Assembly: GCA_013265495.1 (NCBI GenBank)
Contig: MU058844.1
Coordinates: forward strand, 1,370,941-1,434,940
Length of the DNA stretch: 64,000 bases
Source: Vicugna vicugna
Lineage: Eukaryota
Direction of reading: 5' to 3'
The notes below the pieces were generated by a model, which was given only the letters and a program-made list of their open reading frames with translations, did no database searches and was not told the origin of the DNA. The position numbers and the translations under genes were made by a program. Below, one piece after another: positions 50,201 to 62,680 of the stretch (position 1 is its first letter; each line of letters starts with the position of its first letter).

Positions 50201-52241
50201 AATGACAGCGTGAGGCTCTGTCTAGCACCAGGAATATCTATAAAACTTCATGTTAGGAAGTACATAAGACCCTGCAGTTTACATATCAGCTTATTTTCTT
50301 TCTGTTGTTTATATTTATCTCGAGTGTTGAATTTGCTTCCAATTTTCTTTTGAGATGGCTTCTCAATGCCCTCTGACTCCATTTTTTTTATCTGAGGAAA
50401 AATAGCATGTTGTCTCTCCCCTCATCTCTCACTCTCTAGCACTTAAATACCCTTTCCCCCTGATTACAGGGACCCAGAGAGCTGATTACTGGTGATGTTG
50501 CAGAGCCTCTCTCTGACAGGGGAGATTAATGGTGAAAAGATGCAAAATGTGAAACAGTAATTCAGTAAAGCTCTCAGGACCTTTTCTCCGGAGCCAGGTG
50601 CTAAGAACTTATCAACAGGGACAACTTAGTGGGGGAAGTGGAAAATGAACACACACGATGTAAAACTTTGGCTATAAATATAAGCTGATTTGCAGAGGAG
50701 AGTGGTATTTTGTTTGGTGTTTTCTCCGTGGTCTGGCCTGTTGCCTGAGGTAGGTAAAATACTTTTTCCTGCACAGAAATTTAGGAGGTTCAGTGTGAGG
50801 AAGAATAAAGAGTTCCAGGCTAGAAGAGCTCAACTGACAGAAATAAAAAATTAAAAATCTTTTGTCCCATGGTGATAACACAGTTGTAATATCCTTCTAT
50901 TGTAAGAAATTTTGATGTCTAGTAAAACCAAAACAAAACAAAAGTAAAAATGTCAGGAAGTTGTGGATTCATTTTGCCTCTTAAAGCCAGTTTCCCAAAC
51001 TGGCTGAATGGAGACCATTTTCTGAGTATGTACTTCACAAAATATTTTAAGTTGTTAGATGTATTGGGGGTTTTGTTTTTGTTGTATTTTATTTTGTTGT
51101 TAAGATTTTGGATTCTCAGAACCTAATCTAGGAGCTGAATTTCTGTTGTTGTCTTCATTATTAAAAAAAAAAAGTAAATGAGTGAAATAAATCATTCTAA
51201 GTGCAAAGGAAATGCAAACAGCAATGAGAACTTAAAGTTTTAATAATGTTTTATGTTTACTTTCTAAACTCAGCCACAAGTCATTTCTTGCTGACAGCTT
51301 ATTTTAGAGGCCAAAGAAATAAATTTATCTTGAGCACAATTGCTATGAATTTTTAAAAACTAAATCCACATTTTCCCCTTTAATTGTGCTTTCTGAGTTC
51401 TGTGTGCCCGCCCACTCCCTGCAACTCCCGCCACCTCCCTAGGTCATACTGTCTCAAGACAAATAGAGAATTTGGAGAAAATTAAAGCACTCACGATTGG
51501 TGTTAGGGGAAAAGAAGGAAATCACAAAAGCTCTCTCCTTACCCTGTAACGAAGAGTGCTAGTAACCATATTTCTCTTGGCCTTCTCTAAGGGCCTATAA
51601 AATCCACTTGAGAATAAATCAGTAACCCCCTGGTGATCAGGGCTGCGTTTATTCAGTCTCCAGGTGAGGTACCACAGCAGGCAAAGTCTGACCTCCTCAA
51701 ACAAAATAGAATTGAATCTCTTTTTGTTCCTTAAATGTCTTTTTAAATTTCTGTGTCCTTTGTTTCTTAAATTTTTGCTTCTGTTCAATGATTGTTTTCA
51801 ATTTTGATTTTTTCTCAAAGGTAAAATCTAGCTTCTGGTGTCTTCCTTCTTCTGTACTAAAAACACCTGCATGATAAACTTTCCAAAGAATCAGGAGAAA
51901 ATGGCTCATTCTTGAGTGATGTGTTCAGTAGAAAAAGGAGTTCAGATCTGGAAATTACTATATATGTAAGGATCTGGAGAGAGGACTTTGAGGTTCTTAA
52001 ACTTGGTTTTAAGCTGTTGTTGAGTCCGTTTTAGTCAGTCCAGGCACATTCTTGCGCCTAAATTTCTTTCCCTTTCTTTTTCAATATGTGTTCAGTATCT
52101 GATTTTATGAGCGTCAACTTATGTGCTGGATTTGGCTCAGCTCTAATGAGAATTCAAAGGTCATGAAGACATAGGTGTAACCACTAGGAGTGTATAATCT
52201 AATGCAGAAGAGGGATTGACAAAATCTAACAGTAAGAATAT

Positions 52242-52540
52242 TTTTTAAGGTTTTAAAATTTTTAAAATTGAAGGGTAGGTAGTTGATTTACAATGTTGTG
52301 TTAGTTTCAGGTGTACAGCAAAGTGATCCAATTATATATATATACATACACACTCTTTTTTAGATTCTTCTCCATTATAGGTTATTACAAGATACTGAAT
52401 ATAATTCTCTGTGCTATACAGTAGGTTCTTGTTGTTTATCTGTTTTATATATATATATTAGTGTTTATATGTTAATCACAAACTCCTTATTTATCCCTCC
52501 CTCACCCCTTTCCCCTTTGGTAACCATAGTTTGTTTTCTG
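52242..52540 (-). mobile_element. L1 3' UTR fragment
   Basis: GTTGATTTACAATGTTGTGTTAGTTTCAGGTGTACAGC...GTGCTATACAGTAGG...CCCCTTTGGTAACCATAG. Possible TSD GTAAGAATAT/GTAAGCATAT. Confidence 0.85.
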
Positions 52541-53384
52541 TAAGCATATATGTTTCATGATAAAGGTACAGAGTGAAATGCTTAATTTAGCGAAGGCTTC
52601 ATAAAAAAGTAGTATTTAAAGGAAGCCATGATAGGTTGAGGGAAGTCAGAAGTGAAAAGGGAATGATGTCAAGACTGTAAGCCTTAAGTTCAGTGAACAG
52701 AGTATTCCAGTGTACCTGGAGCTCAAGGTATGTGTATAAACTGAGACCTTGTCCTAAAAAAAATCCCAGTCTAGTGAGGGAGAAACGTAAACAAACACAT
52801 GAATGAGAGTACATTCTGCACTCTGAGTTCTTCACAAAGGCCTTTGGAACATTGAAGAAGAAACCGTAACTGTGGTGGAGGTTGGGGGATGGTTGGAAAG
52901 CTTCCCTGGGGTCTGACTCTTGAAGGAGCAGTGCTTTGCCCATGGAAATAGGAGGAAACCATGCACAGGTTCCCTTATCCTTCTGACTTGTCACAGGCAC
53001 ACAACTTTACTGGGGCTTTCTAAGGAAATTTTATTTCAATATTCTGCTAAGCAGTAAGTAGTTCTCCCTTCTCTGAATTGAAGTGTAGGGATGCCAACTT
53101 CTGCTGTTTCTCATCAATTTCTCTTGGGTTTTTTTTTTCTTCTTTTATTGGTATTTGTTACTTTTTTCCCCCCTCAGTAGAGCTCCATTTGCTTCTCAAC
53201 CTGGACCTTGTAGGAAGCACCCATGCTGCTCTACATTCTAGAGGAAACTCTCAGGTCATCTTTCCCAACATCCCTCCAGTTTCATGAAGCAAAAAACTGA
53301 GTGGTTCTAAGGGCCTGGGAGGACCTTTGCTTTCTGCAATGTGGCAGTATAAGAGATGGCCTCAGGATTGCACCGGGAGGTGAT

Positions 53385-53620
53385 GTTTCAAGTTTGAGGC
53401 TCTAAAGTCAGATAGCTCAATTCTGACACTTGCTAGATGTTTAATCTCAAACTAATTACCCAACCTGTCTGTGCCTCAATTTCCTTCTCTACAAAATGGT
53501 AATAATATAGTACCTACCTCATAGAGTCGTTGTGAGATTTAAGTAAGACAATCCATGGAGAGCATTTAGCACTATGGTTAAGATGTAGTCATATTTGAAT
53601 AAATATTAGCTATTATTTCA
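53385..53620 (+). mobile_element. MIR SINE
   Basis: CTGTGCCTCAATTTCCTTCTCTACAAAATGGTAATAATATAGTACCTACCTCATAGAGTCGTTGTGAG. Confidence 0.8.
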
Positions 53621-53676
53621 AATTCTCAGCCAGCCATGTACCACCTTCTTGCTTTGTATGTTGCATGATGACAACC

Positions 53677-54402
53677 TGTGATAGTCTATTTTACATGTCA
53701 ACTTGACTGGGCCATGGGATGCCCAGATATCTGGTTAAACATTATTTCTGAGTGTGTCCATGAGGGTGATTCTGGAAGAGATTAGCATCTGAATTGGTGG
53801 ACTGAAAAAAGCCAATGGTCCTCTCCAGTTGGAATGGGTACCATCCAATCCACTGGAGTTGAACAGAAAGGCTGAGGGAAGTTCAGTCCTTATTCTCCTG
53901 ACTGAGCTGAAATATCAATCTTTTCCTGCTCTTGAGGGTCCTCAAGCCTTTGAACTACACCTTAGGCTTTCTCTTGCTTTTGCTCTCTTTCTTTCTCTCT
54001 CTCTTCCTTTCCTTTTTTTCCTTCCTTCCTTCCTTCTTCCTTCCTTTCTTCTTTTCTTCCTTCCTTCCTTCCTTCTTTCTTTCCTTCTTCCTCCCTTCTT
54101 TCTTTCTTTCCTTTCTCTCTCTCTCTCTTCCTCTCTCCCTCTCTCTCTCTCTCTTTCTTTTCTTTCTTTCTATGGGGGTACTGGGGATTAAACCCAGGAC
54201 CTTGTGCTTGCTAAGCAAGTGCGCTATTACTGAGCTATTACCCTCCCCTCATCATAGGCTTTCTTAATGTCCAGCTTTCAGACAACAGATATGGGACTCT
54301 AAGGCTCCATAATTGCATGAGCCAATTCTTCATAACGAATCTATTTATAGATGTATGTATATTCCTATTGGTTCTTTTTTCTGGAGAACGTGGACTAATA
54401 CA
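53677..54402 (+). mobile_element. ERVL solo LTR (MLT2-like) interrupted by a SINE
   Basis: Starts TGTGATAGTCTATTTTACATGTCAACTTGACTGGGCCA...CCCAGATAT and ends TCCTATTGGTTCT...CTGGAGAAC...GACTAATACA. TSD CAACC/CAGCC. Confidence 0.85.
53973..54249 (-). mobile_element. tRNA-Ala-derived SINE with an expanded (GAAA/GGAA/GA)n tail
   Basis: Head 54173-54248 (GGGGGTACTGGGGATTAAACCCAGGACC...CTGAGCTATTACCCTCCCC). About 190 bp of CT-only tract. TSD core TAGGCTTTCT at 53963-53972 and 54255-54264. Confidence 0.85.
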
Positions 54403-56269
54403 CAGCCTTTCTGGTTGAAGTATGGTTTGCAGCTACCAGCATAAGCATCATTGGGAGCTCCTTAGGAATACCAATTCTCAGGCTCCACCTTGCAACTTTA
54501 ACAAGTGATTCCCATCCACAGTAGCGTGTATAGTTCCCTTACTCCCCATGAAAATGTCATGGTTGTATTAGCCACAGCCTCATACCATGGACTGAGGGCC
54601 AGCCAGTTAAAGGCAATTCCAGCAAAGACACAGAGTTAACAAAGATCTAGCCCCACTTCAAATGAAACAGTTCTTGGGAAATAAATTTTAAGGGTTTTTA
54701 AGGCCTCTCTAACAAGAGGGGGACAAGAGGGATAGGTCCTTACACTGAACATACTTCTACACTGAAGATTTTGCGCTGGATGGGAAGAGAGACCTAGTGA
54801 CCAGGGACAGTATACTTTACGCTGCTCTTAAAAAGAGGCAACTTAGGAGAGAACCAAGGGAAACAGGGAGAGGAGTACTTGAGAATCAAGCATCTACTGA
54901 GAAAAGTTGATCAGAGATAAGTAAGAACTAACAAAAGAACTTTGAACCAAGAGCCCTCACACTGACCTGGTTTCCCATGGAGTTAGCTTTTCACCATGAA
55001 GGAGGAGAATGACAAGAACTTAAGAGGTATTTTTCTTAATGGTATTGGCCAGGGTGAGGATCATTTGTTGGAAAAGTGCCTACAGACAACTGAACCATTC
55101 TTGGGCTTTATCTACTCACCACCTATGTCTACCTTCTCTCCCCGACTCAGTTTTCTGAATGACTGAAAAAATACACATGATGTTCTCTCAAATGTTCAGG
55201 TTTCCAACTTGAGTCCTCAGGGACAATTCTAGGGGACCAGAAAACATTGAATGGATATTATGGTAATCCACCAAAGCTATTGGGCAATATCACGACCAGA
55301 TGAAATTGTGCCCAATAAAAGTTGAAGAAGAAGCAGGAAAAATGGGATTTCCTCACAAATTATAAAACAATGAAAAAGGAATGTGACATGTAAAAACAAG
55401 GTGGCACATAATACGTATTAGAAGAATAATTACTTCAGGAAATTAAAAACAATAGAGTAAATTTCCTCCATCCTCTCAAAGGAATTTAAGTCCTGATGAA
55501 TGAGAAGGCAAGCTGGCAGGCTGAAGAAAGAAATCAAAGGGGGGGAATGTGAAATGAAAATAGCTTTAGAAGGAGGGAGGGACAGAATCAACATTGAAAA
55601 AAGAAATATGGAAGGTAGACATGAGAGGAAGCACAGAGAAGGCGGTGGAAAAATAGAAGGCTATGAAAGAAATTAATGAGGAATTCATAGAAGTGGAGAC
55701 CCAACACAAGGATGATTTGAGCTTCAGAAGATGAAAAACTAGAATGAGCTGGAGCTAAATAATGCATCAACATCTTATAAACATACTGTTTTCCAAAACA
55801 AAACAGAGCAATGGTAGAGAAATGCATGCATTTATTTAAAACTTAAAAACATATAAACATTTCTATGTGTATAACACATTGTGAGACTATAAAGCAGTGT
55901 ATGAGAATGGTAAACTCCTAATTTGGAAGAGTGGTGACTCAGGGGTCTGGGAAGTGTAATCTGATATGTATGCACAATGAGCTTCCATGGCTTTGGTTAT
56001 GTTTTTTAAAATTTTTTAGGTAAGGTAGTGGGAGATAGGTATTCATTGTATTTGTTTTGTGCTGGTGAGGATGTGGTAGAACAGGCCTTCTCATACTTTA
56101 TAGATGGCAGTGTAAATTCTATTAAATTATTTCTGGAGCTTGATGAGCACTTTAACAAGATTCATATTCAGAATTTCCTTTATTCAGAAAAATTTCTTCT
56201 ATTATATTCTAAAATTTTATATATTATAAAATGTTTAATGTATGCAACAAGGTTTAAACAAAATCTTTT

Positions 56270-57980
56270 GAAATTTTAATTGTAGCTGCATTAAATTTAT
56301 GTACTTTTTGGAAATATTAACATTTTAATGATATTAAGTCTTTCCATTTAGGAAAATTATATTTGTCCGTTCATTCATATCTTACTTCTTCGTATATTTT
56401 CCCATATGTTCTTTTCCTGTTAAATGTATTTCTAGATAATTTATACCTTTTATCTCTACTGTATGTGGGATGATTAGATATGTCCATTTTTAACTCTGTA
56501 ATATTAAGAAACCTATTCCTTTGTCTGTATTTTTCTTGTATTCTGATGCCCTGCCAAGTTTTCCTGTTAATTTAGTATATTTTTAGTTGTGTGTCTTTGG
56601 ATCTTAAAGCATACAATATAAAATTTGCAAATAAACATAATTTATCTTCCTTTTTCTCATATATATGCTGTTGATTTAATTTTTTGCCTTATTGCATTAT
56701 TCAAATCATGTAAAATAATTTGAAAAATAACAGTGATAAAAGGAATTCCTGATTTGATTCTGATTTTAATGGCAATAGGTTAAACATTTTACCATTTATA
56801 AAATATTTGTTGCTACTTTTATTAAAATTTCTTTAATATGTTTAGTTAGATTTCTTAAAAGAAATACAAGAATAAGAAACAAAAACAAGAATGAGAATGT
56901 TTAAATAAGTGAGAGATGATAATGTTTTCTTATTTTATTAGGAGTTTTTATTAGGAATTTTTGTGGTATATTTATGTAAAATATATTTTCATATCTAAAG
57001 GCACTTTTCCTTTCAATTGATACTGTAATAATTATAGTTTTCTAAAATGTATTTACATGGTCATGTTATATTACTTTTTAATTACCTGAATGTATTCAAT
57101 ATGCTAATATTTTATTGAGAACATTTGCTTTCATAAGTAAATTGTTTTTCTTTTTTTGCTTTTTTATATTTTAAGTTTAGGCGTTCTTATGTTATCTTAA
57201 TAGACCATCTTGGTAGTTTTCAGTCATCTTTGGAAGTCCAGAATATTTTGAGGTAGGTAAGATAGGTCAAATAAGAATTACAAATATTTCCTCACATTCA
57301 AATCTGTTTCATGCCTGAATTCAGACAACAGAAGTTCAGATGGAGATACCACATGTGGAATCATCTTTGATTTCTAAGGTTTGAATGAGAAAGCCAAAGA
57401 ATCTGTTTTCAAGAGTTGAGTGACCAAAGTATCTTTCTGAATATATTCAGCTCCTAAGTTGTATAGTGAGGATTGAGACAGCAAGGGGTACTATCAGAAC
57501 TTTCATTTGTTACTTTGAAGGTTAAACTCGGCAGTAAAACAAACTGGGCCTAGACTTTTTCTAATGGTATCTTGTTCTTGAGATTCTAATTTCTTCTTTG
57601 TAGAAGAAGAGAGGGAAAATACTGTTTTTGTTTTATATTGTCTTTTTTTATGTTAGTTATATCTCCATATCCTTGTTTATTTGTTTCTGCTTGATTCGCC
57701 AAATTCTCTTGCAAAACTCCCTACGATGGCTGTGATTTTTGTGATAGTTATACCAGTCCTTGTCAGAGTTTTGCTTTATGTATTTTGCTGTTGTAGTTTT
57801 TGGTATACAGGAATTTGTTAATTGTACTTGTAGATATTATAATACATCTCTTTTCTCTGCTCAGTGGTCTTGATCTTGAATTCTTACCTGATTTTCATTC
57901 TGCCATTTCTGCTTTCTATTTGCCTGTATTTGCCTAGTGTAATTTTCCACATGCCTTTATTTTCAAGCTTTCTTTATCAT
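56270..57980 (-). mobile_element. Ancient L1 fragments (L1M-type)
   Basis: T-rich with degenerate antisense ORF2 motifs (TATTAAGTCTTTCCATT, TTTGCAAATAA, CTGATTTTAATGG, GCTAATATTTTATTGAGAACATTTGC). Edges approximate. Confidence 0.55.
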
Positions 57981-58025
57981 TCTGTTTTAGGCGTGTTTCT
58001 TGAATATGACATTGGGCTGGTATAG

Positions 58026-58500
58026 CTATTAGGATAATTTGGGTTGCAAATAACGTGCACTGGTTTCAAAAAAAGAGGAGGATATATTTGCTCTTATAAA
58101 GTTTCAGGATGAGCTTTGTTTCAGGTGTGGTTTGTTTTGGTTTTGCTGCTTGATTTCTCTCAGTTCTTTCAGCTCTGTGTTCCTTTGGGTATTGGACTCC
58201 TTCTCTCATAGGAACAAACTGGCCATAGAGAGCCCAGGCCTCCCATACAGTCCAGAGAATGAGAAACTCCTCTTCTAAAAACGGTGAAACTCTTTAACCA
58301 CATACTGAACCCTAAAAAACATCACTACGACCAGTGGTGTGCCATGCCTCATTGAGTTTGAGCCTATGTTACTCATCCTTGAACCAATCACTTTAGTGAG
58401 GAGGTTGGTACTATGATAAATGATTAGTTTGGGTGAATTAAGACTCAAGCCTAAAACTGAAATTTGCGGTTAATTCCCACCCAAGCTAATGTGTCATTAC
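58026..58500 (-). mobile_element. Old MaLR LTR (MLT1-like)
   Basis: TTAGGATAATTTGGGTTGCAAATAAC...CAGCTCTGTGTTCC...CCTTGAACCAATCACT. Confidence 0.5.
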
Positions 58501-58539
58501 TCAAGAGAATAGAGTAAGTATTCTAAAGAAGTTAGCTTA

Positions 58540-59490
58540 ATTCTCACTCCTGGATAACAATATAATTCTGTATCTTCAAAAGCCAAATAGATCAACTGAT
58601 AAAATATACCAAAAATAATTAGAAATAATAATTAAGGTTGTTGTTGTAATATTAATAGCAATGATGGAAAATATCAATAGTTTTCTTATCACAAAGAGTA
58701 ACCAATTAGAAAATATAATTGAAGAGAATATTTCATTAATAAAAAGTATAAAATATATTGATATAAATTTATTAAGAAACCTTCAGTATTTATATGAAAA
58801 CTTGAACTTTGGGAGATTTAAGATGGAAAACTCGCTAGGAAAACTCAGTTTTGTAAAGATGTTTGTCCTCTTTAAAATACTCTCTATTGGGTGTGTGTTT
58901 AAGGAGGGAGGCTTGGCAGTTGAAACAAAAGATTTAAAAGTGCATCTGATAAAATGAATTATGCTATACTAGCCAGGAAACTTTCCTTCCCCACCAGAAA
59001 AAAAAACCAGGTTTAAAAAACCTTCTGTGTAGAAGAAGGAAACCATTTCTCATCAGATATATAAACATAATGCAAAGCTACAGTAATTAAAAACAATGGA
59101 GTGCTGGTACAGAAACAGAGAAAGCAGTTAGAACAGAAAATCCAGAAAAGGACCAAAGTAATGTAAAAATGGTTTAGCACATTAATGTGTTAACTGAATA
59201 TGTGTGTGTGTATGTGTGTAAAATCCAAGAGAGTATGTGAATTATTCAATATATAATTAGATAACAGTTAGTTATTTGGGAAAATATAGAGCCAGATCCT
59301 ATCTCACAGCTCACACTAAAATCAGTGCCAGATAGACTTTAGCTGTAAACTGAAGTAGAGTAGGGCTTTCTATGAATGATGGGAAAAACAGTCAAGAATA
59401 TGACTTTGTAACTTTTGTATGTGAAATCAAATACATTAGCAAAAAATCCTTTCCCTCCAGCTAAGAAAACTATAAAATTTTAAAGGAAAA
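58540..59490 (+). mobile_element. Ancient L1 ORF2 fragment
   Basis: A-rich with AAAGCTACAGTAATTAAAAACAATGGAGTGCTGGTACAGAAACAGA and GATCCTATCTCACAGCTCACACTAAAAT motifs. Confidence 0.65.
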
Positions 59491-59519
59491 AAAAATATAT
59501 ATATTAATCTCCAGTGAGC

Positions 59520-62010
59520 TAACAAGTCAAAGGAAAAGAGGAAATCTAAAGAACTGAGCTTTGCACTTGGGACTGCTTTTCCCCTAGAGGCTGAGAAGGT
59601 GAGCTGAGCCTTTAAAGACCATTAGGTCTAGGCGAGGGAAAGGAGTTCAATGCTACCAAGGAGGGAAGCATTAGTAAAATTACAGGTTTAGGGTGGGACT
59701 CCAAACTAAAAGACTACATTCCATGAATAAGGGTAATTCTGAAATAAATGTGATTCTGAAATAAATGAATTCCTTGAATAAGGGTGATTCTGAAATAAAT
59801 CTTCTCCAGAAGAGAGTGTTATATCATTTTATAATTGAATTAGGGTAATTCAAGATCCCTAGTGGCCCTAGCCAGCTGTCAGAAGCAAACAAAATCTTTG
59901 AAGAAAGGTAATGTCCTCGTTTCAAATTAACTCTTACCATTTTTCATATACAATATCCAACACTCAGTCAAAAATAACCAGATGTACAAAGAATCAAGAC
60001 AGTGTAATGGAAAGTCAAAAGAAACAAAAGATGGTATAAGGAACTCATCAGGAATATTAAAATTGGAGTTTTTATACAATGGATTTTAAAGTAAACATAA
60101 TTAATATATCTGAGATAATAAAACACAAGATTGATAATTTCAACAGATAACAGTAAATTATAAAAAAGATTCAGAATGGAAATTCTAAAACAAACAAAAA
60201 AAAACCTGAAATCAGGAATTCAATGGATAGGTTTAGCATGAAGCTAGACACATAAAAGAGAGAATTTGTGAACTAGAATATAAATATTTAAAAAATGTAC
60301 AGAATGAAGCACAAAGTATGAAAAGATTAAAACACACACATACACACACAGAGAAAACAATGTAAGAAACTGGGGGAACTAGTCAAAAGTTCTAACCTAT
60401 ATGCTAAGGCTCCCAAAAGGAGAAGAGAAAGATGATAAAGGAGATACACTATTTAAAGAGACAGTGAATGATATTTTTCTTAAAAAAAAATCTATGAACC
60501 CAAGTCAGGTAAATACAAAGAAAACCACACCCAGGTACAATGACAAAGAAAGCATCATATAACCTACTGGAAGGAAAAATAAGAGGAGAAAAGAAAAGAA
60601 ATTACCCTCAAAGTAGCGACAATAATACTTATAGTTGACTTCCTTACAGGGGAAAAAAAAGAAGCCTTCTGACAAGGAAATATACATTAAAAATGATGGG
60701 AAAACTCCTGCAAAAGAGTTTTTATAAACACTGAGGGAAATTTTGCACCCACAGACCCCTACAAGAGGAAATACTAATGTGTTCTATTCTGAAAGAAGAA
60801 AATTATTTCAAATGGAAGCTCAAAGATATAGGATAGATTTAAGAGCCTCAAAAAGGATAAATATTTAATGTTGTTATGAGACTATAACAGTAGTATCTTG
60901 TGGGGCTAAATGTATTACAAATAACATGTATCAGGAGAAGATAAAAACAATCAAAGGGTTTTAAGATTTTTGCATTGTCTGAGAAGTAAATACATTAGTG
61001 TTTCTTAGACTAAAATAAGTCATCTATGCATCGTTGTAATCTCTAAGATAACAAATCACAGTAAGATAACATATAGCTACCAAGTTAATAGAAGGAGGAA
61101 ATGGAATTATAAAAAATAATCAAAAGAAAAGAGAAAAAGAATGCAGAACAATAGTACAGATAAAAAGCAAATAGCAAAACCCAATGTTTTGAGATAATGT
61201 TTTGCTTATATTTTCTTCTAGGAGGTTTATTGTATCTTGTCTAATGTTTAAGTCTTTGATCCATTTTGAGTTTATTTTCGTGTATTGTGTAAGGTAGTGT
61301 TCTAGCTTCATTGATTTACATGCTGTTGTCCAGTTTTCCCAACACCATTTGCTGAAGAGATTGTCTTTATTCCATTGTATATTCTTGCCTCCTTTGTCAA
61401 ACATTAGTTGACCAAAAGTTTGTGGGTTCATTTCTAGGCTCTCTATTCTGTTCCATTGGTCCATATGTCTATTTTTTGTACCAATACCATGCTGTTTTGA
61501 TACTGTAGCTCTGTAGTATTGTCTGAAGTCTGGGAGAATTATTCCTCCAGCCTCTTTCTTTTTCTTCAGTAATGCTTTGGCAATTCCAGGTCTTTTGTGG
61601 TTCCATATAAATTTTATTATGATTTGTTCTATTTCTGTGAAATATGTCCTCGGTAAATTGATAGAGATTGCATTAAATCTGTAGATTGCCTTGGGCAATT
61701 TGACCATTGACAGTGAATATACATATGTTCACGTATAACAGAAAAATTGTGCTCTACACTGGAGTTTGACACAGCGTTGTAAAATGACTGTAACTGAATA
61801 AAAATATGTTTAAAAAAAGAGTAATTTGGTCAGACAAGATTAAGGAAAAAAAAGAACCAACTATATATATATATTTTTTTTTATTAGAGAAATGCCTAAA
61901 ATACACAGAAGAGACAAAGTAAAAAGGTAGAAAAGTTATATCATGCAATAACTACTGAAAAGAATGCTATTATCACTATACTATTAAAAGTATACTTATA
62001 CAAAATGGAG
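59520..62010 (+). mobile_element. Ancient L1 (5' region, ORF1, start of ORF2) hosting a younger L1
   Basis: Degenerate ORF1 motifs (AATTCAATGGATAGGTTTA, GAGAATTTGTGAACTAGAA, AAGAAAACCACACCCAGG) and ORF2-start motifs (AAAGTAAAAAGGTAGAAAAGTTATATCATGCAA). Confidence 0.65.
61190..61818. mobile_element. Young L1 with 5' inversion (antisense ORF2 61190-61707, sense 3' end 61708-61818)
   Basis: Minus-strand peptide [19 protein letters not shown]...WCWENW...[11 protein letters not shown]. Immediately followed by a plus-strand 3' UTR end matching 4077-4170 and an A-tail. Confidence 0.88.
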
Positions 62011-62384
62011 AAGAAAAAGCTTTTGCGGGGAGGAGGAGAGACCAGGCATACAGTATACGAAATATTTTTGAAGGAATCCACCTCTGCCTGCAAAATGAGG
62101 TAGATAGGCTGGTGAATGTGAAGCAGGTGTGAAAGACACTAGTGGGAGATAACACAGACTTAGAAAGACAGATTAGGGAACCCCTGCAAAGTACTTTCAA
62201 TGGACATCATGAATTTGATCATGACTTTCAATCAGTGAGAAGCTGGTATATCTGCAGTTAGTGGTAGTGAAAAGTAAAAATTGTAAACTTGTCATTATCA
62301 ACCTCATTAATAGCTTTTGGATTATTGGAATAAATCTATTTATTGTCTACTGCAAGTGTTAAATTCTCCTTGACCAGCCACAAA

Positions 62385-62680
62385 TAGCGTTATGGTAGTG
62401 ATTAAGATCTCTGGCTTTGCAGAATATTCCTGGGTTCAAAATCTGCCCCCACATTCTGCATCCAGTTCTTCCTAGTTGTCTGACCATGGGCAAAGACTCT
62501 TAACCTCTCTGTGCCTCTGTTTTTTGTGTTTTTAATCTATAAAATGGGAATCATGGGAGAATATAACTAGTAGACTTGTTCTAAGAATTAAATGAGTTAA
62601 TATTCATGAAACATGAGAACAGTGGCCTCAGAGTAAATGCTCAACAAATGGCTGTTAGGTTTTATTGTTATTAAAATTAT
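62385..62680 (+). mobile_element. MIR SINE
   Basis: CCTGGGTTCAAAATC...TGACCATGGGCAAAG...TTAACCTCTCTGTGCCTC...CTATAAAATGGGA...AATTAAATGAGTTAATA. Confidence 0.8.

Noticed and set aside
53829..54267. Lys/Glu/Arg-rich and Phe/Leu/Ser-rich ORFs
   Set aside because: Translations of the CT microsatellite.
45414..59800. Short spaced direct repeats as a CRISPR-like array
   Set aside because: Eukaryotic DNA, only 2-3 copies each, no regular unique spacers and no cas genes.
61120..61707. 195-aa ORF as a host gene
   Set aside because: It is an internal L1 ORF2 fragment within the inverted insertion.
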